From the IMG/VR virus record IMGVR_UViG_3300031715_000005: 64,000 nt of DNA, one strand, 5' to 3'. The position numbers were made by a program, and so were the translations under genes. Below are positions 9,833 to 18,763 of this stretch, one piece after another (the stretch's first letter is position 1; each line of letters starts with the position of its first letter). The notes beneath the pieces are model-generated. The model saw only the letters and a program-made list of their open reading frames with translations, ran no database searches and was not told where the DNA came from. This DNA comes from an uncultured virus (IMG/VR IMGVR_UViG_3300031715_000005). Lineage: Duplodnaviria; Heunggongvirae; Uroviricota; Caudoviricetes.

Positions 9833-10732
9833 ATGCCTAAAGTCAAATATCAGGAGTTCAACTTCTCAAAATCCAGCTTGGCTCTGATTGCGAAGTGCAA
9901 CCAGATCATCACGGACTATACGGCTCAGGGATTCCAGCTCACGTTGAGGCAGCTCTACTACCAGCTTGTATCCCGCGACATCATTCCGAACAAACAGACG
10001 GAGTACAAGCGCCTAGGTTCCATCGTGAATGATGCTCGATTGGCCGGCATGATTGACTGGCTTGCGATTGAGGATCGCACGCGGAATCTTCAGAAGCTTC
10101 GCAACTGGCAGAGTCCGGCTCAGGTTGTTTCGGAGGGCGCCCATCAATTCCACGTGGATATGTGGTTAGGACAAAAATACCGGCCGGAAGTTTGGATCGA
10201 GAAGGATGCGCTCGTTGGAGTGATCGAGCCGACCTGCGATGAATTTGACGTGCCTTTTTTCTCTTGCAGAGGCTATACTTCGCAATCCGAAATGTGGGTA
10301 GGAGCAAGGCGGTTGGCGATGTATGCGAGGCGTGGAGGGCAGACTCCGGTGATCTTTCACTTGGGAGATCACGACCCTTCCGGAAAAGATATGACGCGGG
10401 ACATCACCGAGCGATTGGCGATGTTCATGGGCGGAACGCGGCTCGAACGACTGGCGCTGAACATGGATCAGGTCCGAGAGTACGAACCTCCGCCAAACCC
10501 GGCTAAGAGCACGGATTCACGTTTCGAAGCGTACGTTCAGGAGTTCGGTGATGAGTCCTGGGAGCTGGATGCGCTGGAACCGCGAGTGCTTGCGGATTTG
10601 ATTCGGACGGCAATCGAAAAGCTGATCGTAAAAAAAGAATGGAAGAAACGAGAAGAGGCGCGCGAGGAAGGGCGAAACCAGCTTCAGGCGATAGCGGACA
10701 ATTGGGCGGCAGCTTGCGAGGCCGTAGAATGA
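9833..10732 (+). CDS. Topoisomerase VI-A/Spo11-like TOPRIM protein
   Basis: TLRQLYYQL, EVWIEKDAL, GDHDPSG, WELDAL. Confidence 0.75.
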   Translation: MPKVKYQEFNFSKSSLALIAKCNQIITDYTAQGFQLTLRQLYYQLVSRDIIPNKQTEYKRLGSIVNDARLAGMIDWLAIEDRTRNLQKLRNWQSPAQVVSEGAHQFHVDMWLGQKYRPEVWIEKDALVGVIEPTCDEFDVPFFSCRGYTSQSEMWVGARRLAMYARRGGQTPVIFHLGDHDPSGKDMTRDITERLAMFMGGTRLERLALNMDQVREYEPPPNPAKSTDSRFEAYVQEFGDESWELDALEPRVLADLIRTAIEKLIVKKEWKKREEAREEGRNQLQAIADNWAAACEAVE

Positions 10733-11246
10733 ACATCCGCCGCTGCTTCGCTTATGTGAATGTTGGCTGGTGGCTACTCTACACTGGCTCAATGATTGCC
10801 AATAAGGGATGGGTGGATAAGCCGAACAGTGATGGCATTCTCGTAGTTTGGCTGGTGAGCACGGTGTTAACGGCTGTATTGCTGGCTGAAGATAGAGAAC
10901 CAAAATGAGCCGGAAGCGAGTCATTTTCGAGTTGCTGTTTGCGGTGCTGATCGTCTTGCCATTGTGGCATGCGTGGAAGTTTATCCGCGATCTAGCAGGA
11001 GACATTCATTTTCAGTGTCAGATTTTTCGTCAGAACTGGAATCCATGAGGGTCCCTCCAGAACTAAAGTGCCGATGGGATCGGGCGCAGGTGATCGGCAA
11101 TCGCGTTTTGTTCCTTCCGAAAGGCTCGCGTCTACGGACTCATACTTTTGCATGTAGAGATTGCGGAGCATGGACGGCAAATCTTCCGCTGTATAAAAAT
11201 GAGGTTTGCCCGAAGAAAGACCGTCGGAAGGGAAAGGCGGATCGGC

Positions 11247-12146
11247 GTGGGCGATAAAACTGGAATCGAATGGACAGATGCAACCTGGAATCCGATCCGC
11301 GGCTGTACGCGAGTCAGCGAAGGATGCCGGAACTGCTATGCGGAAGCCGTGGCTGGAAGATTCTGCAGTCCGGGTCAGCCTTATGCGGGATTGGCACAGG
11401 TCGTGACGGGGATACCGCGATTGAATGGTGGAGTTCGAAGTGAGGCACGCTGGACGGGCAAGATACGGTTTGTTCCGGAGCATTTGGAAGATCCATTCCG
11501 CTGGAAGCGACCACGGCGGATTTTCGTCAATTCGATGAGTGACCTCTTCCACCCAGATGTGACCGATCAAAATATACTTGCGATTCTTGCTGTGATGTAT
11601 GCAGCAAAACGACATCAATTTCAGGTATTGACGAAACGGCCAGAGAGGATGAAGGACTTTCTTTTAAGAGAGCAGTTTAAGGTAGGGGCGGTGAATTTTG
11701 TCATGCCGGAAAATCCGGCTCCTAACATCTGGTGGGGAGTAAGCGTGGAAGATCAAGCTACGGCAGACTATCGAATCCCGTTTCTGTTGCAGACGCCGGC
11801 GGCGATTCGGTGGGTCAGCTACGAGCCGGCGCTTGGGTCGGTGGACTTTGACATCGCGGCGTGGCTTTCGTCGTTAGATTGGATCGTGTGCGGCGGCGAG
11901 AGCGGACCAAACGCGAGGCCGATGCATCCGGCTTGGGCGCGAGCCGTCCGAGATCAATGCGTTGAAGCCGGAGTTCCTTTCCTTTTCAAACAGTGGGGAG
12001 AATGGTTTCCCGTTGACAAAAATTTACCTAACGGCTGGCAAGGACCGAAGGTCTATAATTTTGGCGATCAATGGATGTTGAAACAAGGCAAGAAACGAGC
12101 TGGCCGATTGCTAGACGGTCGGACCTGGGACCAATATCCAAAATAA
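11247..12146 (+). CDS. Phage Gp37/Gp68 (DUF5131) radical-SAM-like protein
   Basis: IEWTDATWNPIRGCTRVSEGCRNCYA, IFVNSMSDLFH, GGESG, FLFKQWG. Confidence 0.93.
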   Translation: MGDKTGIEWTDATWNPIRGCTRVSEGCRNCYAEAVAGRFCSPGQPYAGLAQVVTGIPRLNGGVRSEARWTGKIRFVPEHLEDPFRWKRPRRIFVNSMSDLFHPDVTDQNILAILAVMYAAKRHQFQVLTKRPERMKDFLLREQFKVGAVNFVMPENPAPNIWWGVSVEDQATADYRIPFLLQTPAAIRWVSYEPALGSVDFDIAAWLSSLDWIVCGGESGPNARPMHPAWARAVRDQCVEAGVPFLFKQWGEWFPVDKNLPNGWQGPKVYNFGDQWMLKQGKKRAGRLLDGRTWDQYPK

Positions 12147-12180
12147 AGGGAATTATATACCTGACTCCCTAAAATAATGC

Positions 12181-12209
12181 TTGACAAGAGCGAGGGAGTT
12201 AAGTACACT
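12181..12209 (+). promoter_or_regulatory. IS-internal promoter overlapped by an inverted partial copy of the IR
   Basis: TTGACA-17 nt-TACACT; AGGGAGTTAAGTACA at 12193-12207. Confidence 0.65.
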
Positions 12210-12227
12210 TTAGGCATGGAGGCTCCT

Positions 12228-12716
12228 ATGAGCAGCTATTTTGATGATAAAACCTATCGGGTATCTAGGGCTTCGGACGAGGCAGGAAAGTGCGGAGCGG
12301 ACTTCATTGCTGCTGTTGTAATAATCGAACAGGAGGTCATCCGCGATGTGACTTTGGTAGCGGGAGACCGTGAATTTCCTGACGACCTGCGGGAAAAAGC
12401 GATGAGTATTATCGCTAATTGGCATGTGGGCAAGCAAAACGGATTGGAGCCGGTACAGAAAGCCGTTGAGTACGCCACATTCATGCAAATGTCTGAACTT
12501 GTGGAGAAAATGCACACGCTGTTTCACGAAGTCGCTTCCCGACGAATAATGACACGCTTCGGACGCTTGAGCGACAACCCGCCAGATATTCTTGCGCGGC
12601 GAGACGAACACGATTCGGAAGCCATCCCTTCGCATATTGACAATCCGAAGCCGGAACCCGGCTGCGACCCGCTCTATGGGAAGCGTATGGATTCTGCCGA
12701 TTGCGGGGAGAACTAA
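12228..12716 (+). CDS. IS passenger hypothetical protein
   Basis: GGAGG RBS; located between the left IR and the transposase. Confidence 0.6.
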   Translation: MSSYFDDKTYRVSRASDEAGKCGADFIAAVVIIEQEVIRDVTLVAGDREFPDDLREKAMSIIANWHVGKQNGLEPVQKAVEYATFMQMSELVEKMHTLFHEVASRRIMTRFGRLSDNPPDILARRDEHDSEAIPSHIDNPKPEPGCDPLYGKRMDSADCGEN

Positions 12717-13262
12717 ATGTCTCGCTCGACAATCAGCACCTTCAAACTCTTCGAGATGTTCCCCGACGAAGCCAGCGCGAGAACCTACCTCGAATCGCGG
12801 CTCTGGCCGAACGGCGTCACCTGCCCGGAGTGCAAGAGTATGGAGCGCATCACCGTTCGCAAGGACGGCTACTACCGCTGCAATCCCTGCAAGCTGGACT
12901 TTACCGTGAGAACGGGAACTATCTTCGAGCGGTCGCACGTTCCTTTGCATAAATGGCTCTATGCGATGTACCTCCTCGTTACGGCTCGCAAGGGCATCTC
13001 TTCGATGCAACTGGCGAAGGAAATCGGCATCACGCAAAAATCCGCCTGGTTCGTTCTTCATCGACTCCGCGAGGCATGTGGCAAAGATTTGGGCAAGTTG
13101 CGCGGCTCCATTGAGATCGACGAAACGTTCGTGGGCGGATTGGAAATTAACAAGCATGAAGCGGACAAACTGAAAAAGGGACGCGGCTCCACAGAGCGGC
13201 TGGATTCGTTCGTGGGTGCGGTTGTGCGCAAGCGGCTCACTTACGAAAGGCTCACAGCATGA
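12717..13262 (+). pseudogene. IS1595/ISXO2 transposase with most of the catalytic domain deleted
   Basis: Zn ribbon CPEC..CNPC, HTH and EIDETFVGG, then a jump to the C-terminal KRLTY; only 181 aa. Confidence 0.85.
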
Positions 13263-13426
13263 GCACCTTAGGTCCGATGCAGAAAGTCCTCGCCAACATT
13301 CTCGATGAACGAGAGCGCCGTACTCTGGACCGCGTGACTGATGTTGTGCTTGCATACCGTCCTAAGCCGAAGTCAAAGGCCGCGAAAAAGCGCGCCCGAA
13401 AGAAACGAAAAAAGAAAAGGGACTAA
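13259..13426 (+). CDS. Small basic IS-associated ORF (55 aa)
   Basis: ATGA overlap with the transposase; LDRVTDVVLAYRPKPK followed by a Lys/Arg tail. Confidence 0.55.
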   Translation: MSTLGPMQKVLANILDERERRTLDRVTDVVLAYRPKPKSKAAKKRARKKRKKKRD

Positions 13427-13451
13427 TGTATATAATTCCCAAAATAAAAGC

Positions 13452-13479
13452 TTGCAGGATGCTTTGAAAGTAGTAGGAT
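13452..13479 (+). promoter_or_regulatory. Promoter, second class
   Basis: TTGCAG-16 nt-TAGGAT; shares AAATAAA(A)GCTTGCRGGATGCTT with the site near 20444. Confidence 0.55.
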
Positions 13480-13586
13480 AGTGGGCAATGTGCGGCGAAC
13501 GGGCCGAAAGGGGAGGATGCACCTGAGTAGGCCCTAATATTGTAGGAGGTTGAAAGGCAATTAGGAATTTTGGGGTTGCGCTGATC

Positions 13587-13961
13587 TTGTGGGTTTGGGC
13601 TTTATTCCAAATGCAATCCGGCCAGGTGCCGATTCGAGTTTCAGGGTCGTACAATCCGGGACCGATGGTTGCTCCGAAGGTCGAGCACAAACAGAGACAG
13701 CAAGTCGAGACGTACGACGAAGTAACGCGGACCTGCCCGGAGGGATATGAAGGGCATTTCGTAGATTATCAGGAAGGTTTTGATTCTCGTTATTATTGGA
13801 GTGGTGGGACTGGGACTGCTAGCATCGGTCAGATTTGGATTGACGGCTCAGGCGTGAGAGAAATCGGCTATACCATCTGTTTCAAGAAAGAGTTCATGGA
13901 TCAGATTCGGAAGAATCCCGATTTACTCGCGCCACGACCGGCGCCTCCGAAACCAGCATGA
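13587..13961 (+). CDS. Hypothetical protein (start uncertain)
   Basis: ORF downstream of promoter; ATGA overlap with the next gene. Confidence 0.5.
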   Translation: MWVWALFQMQSGQVPIRVSGSYNPGPMVAPKVEHKQRQQVETYDEVTRTCPEGYEGHFVDYQEGFDSRYYWSGGTGTASIGQIWIDGSGVREIGYTICFKKEFMDQIRKNPDLLAPRPAPPKPA

Positions 13962-14173
13962 AACTCCAAGGCGAATGCACCTTAACCCAGGAAGAGAAGG
14001 CTACAGAGGCCGCAAGGCTGGTCAAAGGATTGATCGGCAAGATCGGTGAGATGAACGACGAAGAAAGCAGCTTCGTCACCAAGCTTGATGTAGCCTTCCG
14101 CCGATTCGGGACAGCGACGGCAATTTCTACTCGCCAACTCTTCTGGCTCCGTGATCTAAACCTGAAATACTGA
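13958..14173 (+). CDS. Hypothetical protein
   Basis: Compact ORF; ESSFV..ISTRQLFWL. Confidence 0.5.
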   Translation: MKLQGECTLTQEEKATEAARLVKGLIGKIGEMNDEESSFVTKLDVAFRRFGTATAISTRQLFWLRDLNLKY

Positions 14174-14783
14174 AGTGCTCTTGCCAAAGCCAAAGATCGA
14201 GGTCACTCTTCCGACGTTCGAGGAGATTCTTCAGGGACCGCAAAAGCACTATTGTGTGATGTGCGGGAAAGTTGATGAATGGGGACCGGACTGGAGCTGG
14301 TACGGATCAATTTGGGGATTGGAGGAAGGCGTTGGGATTTTGCGGTTATGTTCTCCGGAATGCAGAGAGTTGCTCGAATCCGCGCGGTGGCTGTGCATTT
14401 ATCCGGACCGGAAGCAGGGAAACGTAAGGCATGACCCTACAGGATTGGGGCCGTATCGGCGAGTCGAGCTGCATCTTGAGGATTGACAAAATTGGACACA
14501 TGAAGTGGATCGAGTTTCACAGGATCGAGCAGTCGCTTCGAAAGACTGAGGTTTACAACGTGCAGGCTACGGAGCGGCGAGTGCATTTAGGCCAGGTGCG
14601 CTTCTGGCCCAAGTGGAGGGCGTTCGCCTTCTTTCCCGATCCGCAGACGTTGTTTGAAAAGGATTGCCTCCGCGACATTGCGGATTTTTGCGAGGAGAAA
14701 ACCAAAGAGTGGAGGGAGCAAAAGTTTCATCGGCCGGGAACGCCGGCGGAGAAACGCAGGGGAAGAAAAGAAAGGCAAGTGGC

Positions 14784-15113
14784 ATGATCCATTACGCGAA
14801 TCCCTGCAACCGCGAGGACTGCGCTGAAGTCAGAGATGAACTGTTAGAGTTGCGCAATCTGCTGAACACTCCGGAGCTGGACGATTTCGTTAAGGGCGCA
14901 GTCCTGGAAGCAGAGCATCAACGGTTGCGGCATGGTGACAAGGTGGATTTGGACAAGAAACCAGAAGAGTGGTTTTGGCTGGTCGGCTATCTGGCCGGCA
15001 AAGGGCTTCAGGCGCAACGGCAAGGTGACATGAACAAATTCCGGCATCATTTGATTTCAACGGCTGCGGTGCTGGCAAACTGGCACGTGCGCGTGATGGA
15101 GAAAAGAAAATGA
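14784..15113 (+). CDS. MazG-like all-helical protein
   Basis: EAEHQR...EEWFWLVGYLAGK...LISTAAVLANW. Confidence 0.5.
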   Translation: MIHYANPCNREDCAEVRDELLELRNLLNTPELDDFVKGAVLEAEHQRLRHGDKVDLDKKPEEWFWLVGYLAGKGLQAQRQGDMNKFRHHLISTAAVLANWHVRVMEKRK

Positions 15114-16093
15114 GAGTGTTACTGACCGGTGGCGCCGGATTCATCGGTTCTCACGTTGCTGAAGGCTTGCTCCGCAAAGGGCATGAGTTGACGATTTTGG
15201 ACAGCCTTGATTCCTTCTATTCTCCAGGCTGGAAGCGAGCGAATCTGGTAGAGATCAAGAAAGCCGGGACGTTCGAATTTTTTGAGGGCGATATTTGCGC
15301 GGGAGGAGCCGTACAGTCCGTGTTCGAAGCACGCGATCCGGAGATGGTGATTCACCTGGCGGCGCTTGGGGGAGTCCAACAATCTGTCCGGAATCCGGAT
15401 CGCTACGAGATGGTGAACGTACACGGGACAGTGACACTTCTCGAACGATGCCGCTTGCAGGGAATCAAGAAATTCATTTTCGCTTCGAGTAGCTCGGTCT
15501 ATGGCATGACGGCTTTGCCGCCGTTCCATGAACGTTGGGCGCCGGCTCCGATGTCTCCGTACGCAGCAACGAAGGTGGCTGGCGAGGCGATGTGCCACGC
15601 TTACGCCTCGATGTACAAAATCCAAAGCACTGTCTTTCGGTTTTTTACGGTGTACGGCTCTCGAATGCGGCCGGACCTAGCGATTCATAAATTCGTTCGA
15701 GCAATTGAGGAAGGCCGCTATCTGACGCTGTATGGTGATCCCACCAAAACAGCGCGGGACTATACCCACGTGAGCGACGTGACGGAAGCGGTCTTGGCTG
15801 CGATGGAGTGGAACTATCCCTCGACGCAATCGGCGCCGTATATGGTGTTCAACATCGGGTCCGGATTGCCGGCAACACTCGAAAGGCTCATCTACTATTT
15901 GCGGTTGGCAACGGGAAAAGAAGTCAACTTCGAGGAGCCAAAGGAAAGGCGAATCGGAGACTCGCCTTTCACCTGGGCGAGCGTGGACAAGGCCATGCAG
16001 CATCTACAGTGGCGGCCGATTATTCCTTTGCAGCTCGGACTTCAGAAATACGTGGAATGGTTCCGGGCGCATCCGGAACGTCATAACGAGTAA
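15110..16093 (+). CDS. NAD-dependent nucleotide-sugar epimerase/dehydratase (extended SDR, UDP-glucuronate 4-epimerase-like)
   Basis: TGGAGFIGS, ASSSSVYG, YAATK, RFFTVYG..MRPDLAI. Confidence 0.93.
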   Translation: MRVLLTGGAGFIGSHVAEGLLRKGHELTILDSLDSFYSPGWKRANLVEIKKAGTFEFFEGDICAGGAVQSVFEARDPEMVIHLAALGGVQQSVRNPDRYEMVNVHGTVTLLERCRLQGIKKFIFASSSSVYGMTALPPFHERWAPAPMSPYAATKVAGEAMCHAYASMYKIQSTVFRFFTVYGSRMRPDLAIHKFVRAIEEGRYLTLYGDPTKTARDYTHVSDVTEAVLAAMEWNYPSTQSAPYMVFNIGSGLPATLERLIYYLRLATGKEVNFEEPKERRIGDSPFTWASVDKAMQHLQWRPIIPLQLGLQKYVEWFRAHPERHNE

Positions 16094-16095
16094 TC

Positions 16096-17088
16096 ATGTG
16101 GCTGATCCCCAATTCAATATCCTCAGTCTTTGCTCCGGAACAGCAATGCTCGACGAAGGAGTATGTACCGCGGTACGGTCCGCTAGGGTGGTGGGCTACG
16201 TCGAGCGGGAGTCCTACCTGGCGGCTCTTCTCCTGGCACGGATGGAAGAAAAAAGCTTGGAGCCAGCTCCTCTTTGGTGCGGGAATCTTGAGGAGTTCGA
16301 TGGACGGGAGTGGCGTGGAGCCGTGGATTGCCTTACTGCGGGATTCCCGTGCCAGCCTTTCAGTGTCGCAGGAAAAAAAGAAGGAACAGCCGACAAGCGA
16401 TATCTCTGGCCTTTCATCCGCGAGATCATCTGCGCAACCGAAGTTCCCGTCGTTTTCCTTGAGAATGTCCCAGGACTCGCTATTCAACTCGGACTCAATC
16501 GCGTACTCGGAGATCTTGCCGAAATGGGGTTCGATGCGGAGTGGTGTCATATCGCCGCGTGCGATGTGGGAGCCTCGCACCAACGGGAACGAATCTTCCT
16601 TCTGGCCGTCCGCGAGATCGGAAGATTCCGAGAGTTGTGGGAATCATCCGGAGTCGGCCGATTCCTTGATGGGAGTAGTGGGACTGTGGACAACGCCCCA
16701 AGCGCACGACACGACGGAGCGAGGCAGTGGGCAGCAACCGTCGAGCGAAGCGGGGAATGCGTGCCTAGCGCGAGATGCGAGACGGTGGCCCATGCCATCG
16801 GCCAACGATTCGAAGGGAACAGCGAAGTTGGGTCAGAGGCGCGGCCAGTTGGACGAAGCGGCGGAACAGATATTTTCGCACCCGGACCGCAAGATAGACG
16901 ATGGCCCGGAATCCTCCGAGAGCGTCCCTGGCTTGCGCCGGCGGTTGAATCCGGCTTTCGCTGCGTGGTTGATGGGAATGCCTTGGTGGTGGACGATTGC
17001 AGAGCGGATCGGCTTCGCGCAGTCGGAAACGGAGTTGTGGCGCTTCAAGCTGCGGTCGCATTTAGCATTCTTGCTGAGAGAATCCTGA
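16096..17088 (+). CDS. Alternative-frame partner polypeptide of the C5 MTase carrying motif IX
   Basis: 330-codon ORF overlapping the MTase; WxTP-type repeats and RRLNPAFAAWLMGMP. Confidence 0.7.
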   Translation: MWLIPNSISSVFAPEQQCSTKEYVPRYGPLGWWATSSGSPTWRLFSWHGWKKKAWSQLLFGAGILRSSMDGSGVEPWIALLRDSRASLSVSQEKKKEQPTSDISGLSSARSSAQPKFPSFSLRMSQDSLFNSDSIAYSEILPKWGSMRSGVISPRAMWEPRTNGNESSFWPSARSEDSESCGNHPESADSLMGVVGLWTTPQAHDTTERGSGQQPSSEAGNACLARDARRWPMPSANDSKGTAKLGQRRGQLDEAAEQIFSHPDRKIDDGPESSESVPGLRRRLNPAFAAWLMGMPWWWTIAERIGFAQSETELWRFKLRSHLAFLLRES

Positions 17089-17093
17089 AATAA
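16098..17093 (+). CDS. C5-cytosine DNA methyltransferase, large polypeptide
   Basis: LSLCSG (I), GFPCQPFS (IV), ENVPG (VI), HQRERIF (VIII), RLRAVGNGVV (X). Confidence 0.9.
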   Translation: MADPQFNILSLCSGTAMLDEGVCTAVRSARVVGYVERESYLAALLLARMEEKSLEPAPLWCGNLEEFDGREWRGAVDCLTAGFPCQPFSVAGKKEGTADKRYLWPFIREIICATEVPVVFLENVPGLAIQLGLNRVLGDLAEMGFDAEWCHIAACDVGASHQRERIFLLAVREIGRFRELWESSGVGRFLDGSSGTVDNAPSARHDGARQWAATVERSGECVPSARCETVAHAIGQRFEGNSEVGSEARPVGRSGGTDIFAPGPQDRRWPGILRERPWLAPAVESGFRCVVDGNALVVDDCRADRLRAVGNGVVALQAAVAFSILAERILK

Positions 17094-17143
17094 CCGTCGC
17101 CTTTTCTTCGCCTCCCTATCCGGTTGATTTCTAAATATTTCTC

Positions 17144-17172
17144 TTGACAAACAATCCTAGAAGCTTTAATCT
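17144..17172 (+). promoter_or_regulatory. Sigma70-type promoter with GAAGCTT box, leaderless
   Basis: TTGACA-17 nt-TAATCT; ATG 6 nt downstream. Confidence 0.7.
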
Positions 17173-17178
17173 CTTGGC

Positions 17179-17538
17179 ATGGAGAACAAGCCAATGAGGA
17201 AATTGGAGCTATACCGCAAAGCACAGACCTTCGGAAAGAACGCCTCTTTTGTGGCGAACGTGATTCTGACCGGCCACAGCAAGCCCACAACGAAACTCGC
17301 GGGATTGGTTGCTCTGCTCGAATCCGGCCATGACGTTTCGCCAGCACCATACGACATTGGCAGGCTGTGGATTGACGGCCGCGGCGGCTATGCCTACAGC
17401 TTCCTCGAACACGGCATGGTCCCTTCGGATTGCGCTTGCGGCGGGACCGGCGTAGTTCCATCGAATGTTGATCCGGATGGATACGAGCCGTGCCCGAATT
17501 GCCCGGCCGGCAAAGCGTTGGCGGAATTGAGCCTTTAA
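17179..17538 (+). CDS. Hypothetical protein with C-terminal Zn finger
   Basis: CACGGTG...CPNC. Confidence 0.6.
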   Translation: MENKPMRKLELYRKAQTFGKNASFVANVILTGHSKPTTKLAGLVALLESGHDVSPAPYDIGRLWIDGRGGYAYSFLEHGMVPSDCACGGTGVVPSNVDPDGYEPCPNCPAGKALAELSL

Positions 17539-17689
17539 TGGAAACGACTTATTTTCGCGGCGACAAAGCGCAGTACACCGGAAAGACGGAGGAAGCGTAC
17601 GGCCGGACCTGGTACGAGATCATTCTGTTGGAAGGCCACAATAAGGGGAAACTCAGGCTCGTCAAAAATCCACCGAAGGGAGAAACAAA

Positions 17690-18250
17690 GTGACGGAAAA
17701 GAACGTGTTCACGACAGACGACGTAGTTTCAAGCTACAGCGCACAGCAGGCGGCCGAGGATGGAGTAATCGTTCCAGTCTCGAAGAAAGATGCCGTGACC
17801 CGTGCGGTATGGGAATTTCTCGTCAAGCACGCTCCACGGACTTCGCAGCCGCCGAATTGCTGGCAGGTTCCGATGATGCAGTGGTTTACAGCAGAGAAGT
17901 GTTCCAAGGAAGAGGCGTTGACTCTCTTGGGAAAGCATGGACTCGACGCACAGCGGAAATTACAGGAACAGATTGCGGATAAGAAAGCGTTGGCTCTGGC
18001 GCAAGGGCTGATCCATCAATTCGAAAGCACAGCGCACCGGGTATGGGATACGAACGTAGACGGCGGCATCCTCAAGCTGTGGGTCACTTTGGGAGTGGGC
18101 AAGATCGGCGAGCCCGGAACAATTGGCAAGGGCGGACTCCGCGAACTGCATACAACCGATCCTGGTGAGATTTCCGGGAAGTCGGTTCTCTGGCTGATTC
18201 CGAATGAGGAAACGGGCGGAATGACGCTGATGTTTCCAGAGGACTACTGA
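17690..18250 (+). CDS. Conserved hypothetical protein (DUF6573-like)
   Basis: YSAQQAAEDG...VTRAVWE...TLMFPEDY. Confidence 0.55.
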   Translation: MTEKNVFTTDDVVSSYSAQQAAEDGVIVPVSKKDAVTRAVWEFLVKHAPRTSQPPNCWQVPMMQWFTAEKCSKEEALTLLGKHGLDAQRKLQEQIADKKALALAQGLIHQFESTAHRVWDTNVDGGILKLWVTLGVGKIGEPGTIGKGGLRELHTTDPGEISGKSVLWLIPNEETGGMTLMFPEDY

Positions 18251-18252
18251 AC

Positions 18253-18477
18253 GTGCCGCGCGGCATCACAGAGGACGAAAAATTCCTGCTCAATCACGTT
18301 ATGCGATTCGGCAGTTCCGGGTATCCAGTGTCGAAGTGCGGCTCTCGACACTGGACCTGGGGGCCAGTTCTCTCGATCCAAGGGCCGCCAGTTTGCTTCC
18401 CGACAAAGAAGCAGGCCGTTGAATCTTTCGAGAAATTCCTAGACGTGATCCGGGATGCTGTCGCCGGACGAATCTGA
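18253..18477 (+). CDS. Hypothetical protein
   Basis: Compact ORF within operon. Confidence 0.5.
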   Translation: MPRGITEDEKFLLNHVMRFGSSGYPVSKCGSRHWTWGPVLSIQGPPVCFPTKKQAVESFEKFLDVIRDAVAGRI

Positions 18478-18530
18478 ACATAAGTAAGCCGTAGTTATGA
18501 CCCTTCGCCTTTTCGTCTCCCTCCCATCCG

Positions 18531-18580
18531 AAGCTTCCCGGTTGATTTTACTTGACAAAGAAACCGGGAAGCTTTAGGAT
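18531..18580 (+). promoter_or_regulatory. Promoter with a 13-bp inverted repeat (operator-like)
   Basis: TTGACA(18552)-17 nt-TAGGAT; AAGCTTCCCGGTT (18531-43) and AACCGGGAAGCTT (18562-74). Confidence 0.75.
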
Positions 18581-18763
18581 GGGGACATTGGAGGTAACGC
18601 ACATGGCAACGGCAACTCAGGAAGCACCGACAATCCTCGAAAGCATGACGCGGGTACAGCGAGCGATGGACCGCATCTTGCAATCCCTGAAAGACCATAA
18701 CCCGGAAGAGTGCGAGAACTGCAAAGCGTACGAGCGCGACCGGGAAGAGCGGGGGGTGCAATC

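Larger units (their letters stand above)
12148..13440 (+). mobile_element. IS1595-family element, internally deleted, carrying a passenger gene
   Basis: 23-bp terminal IRs GGGAATTATATAC(CTGAC/ATTAG)TCCCT (20/23 match); 8-bp direct repeat AAAATAAA at 12140-12147 and 13441-13448. Confidence 0.92.

Noticed and set aside
9833..10732. Wadjet (JetD) defence system
   Set aside because: No SMC/JetABC neighbours; a solitary TOPRIM protein
12210..13355. 381-aa minus-strand ORF
   Set aside because: Antisense shadow of the IS genes; no motifs
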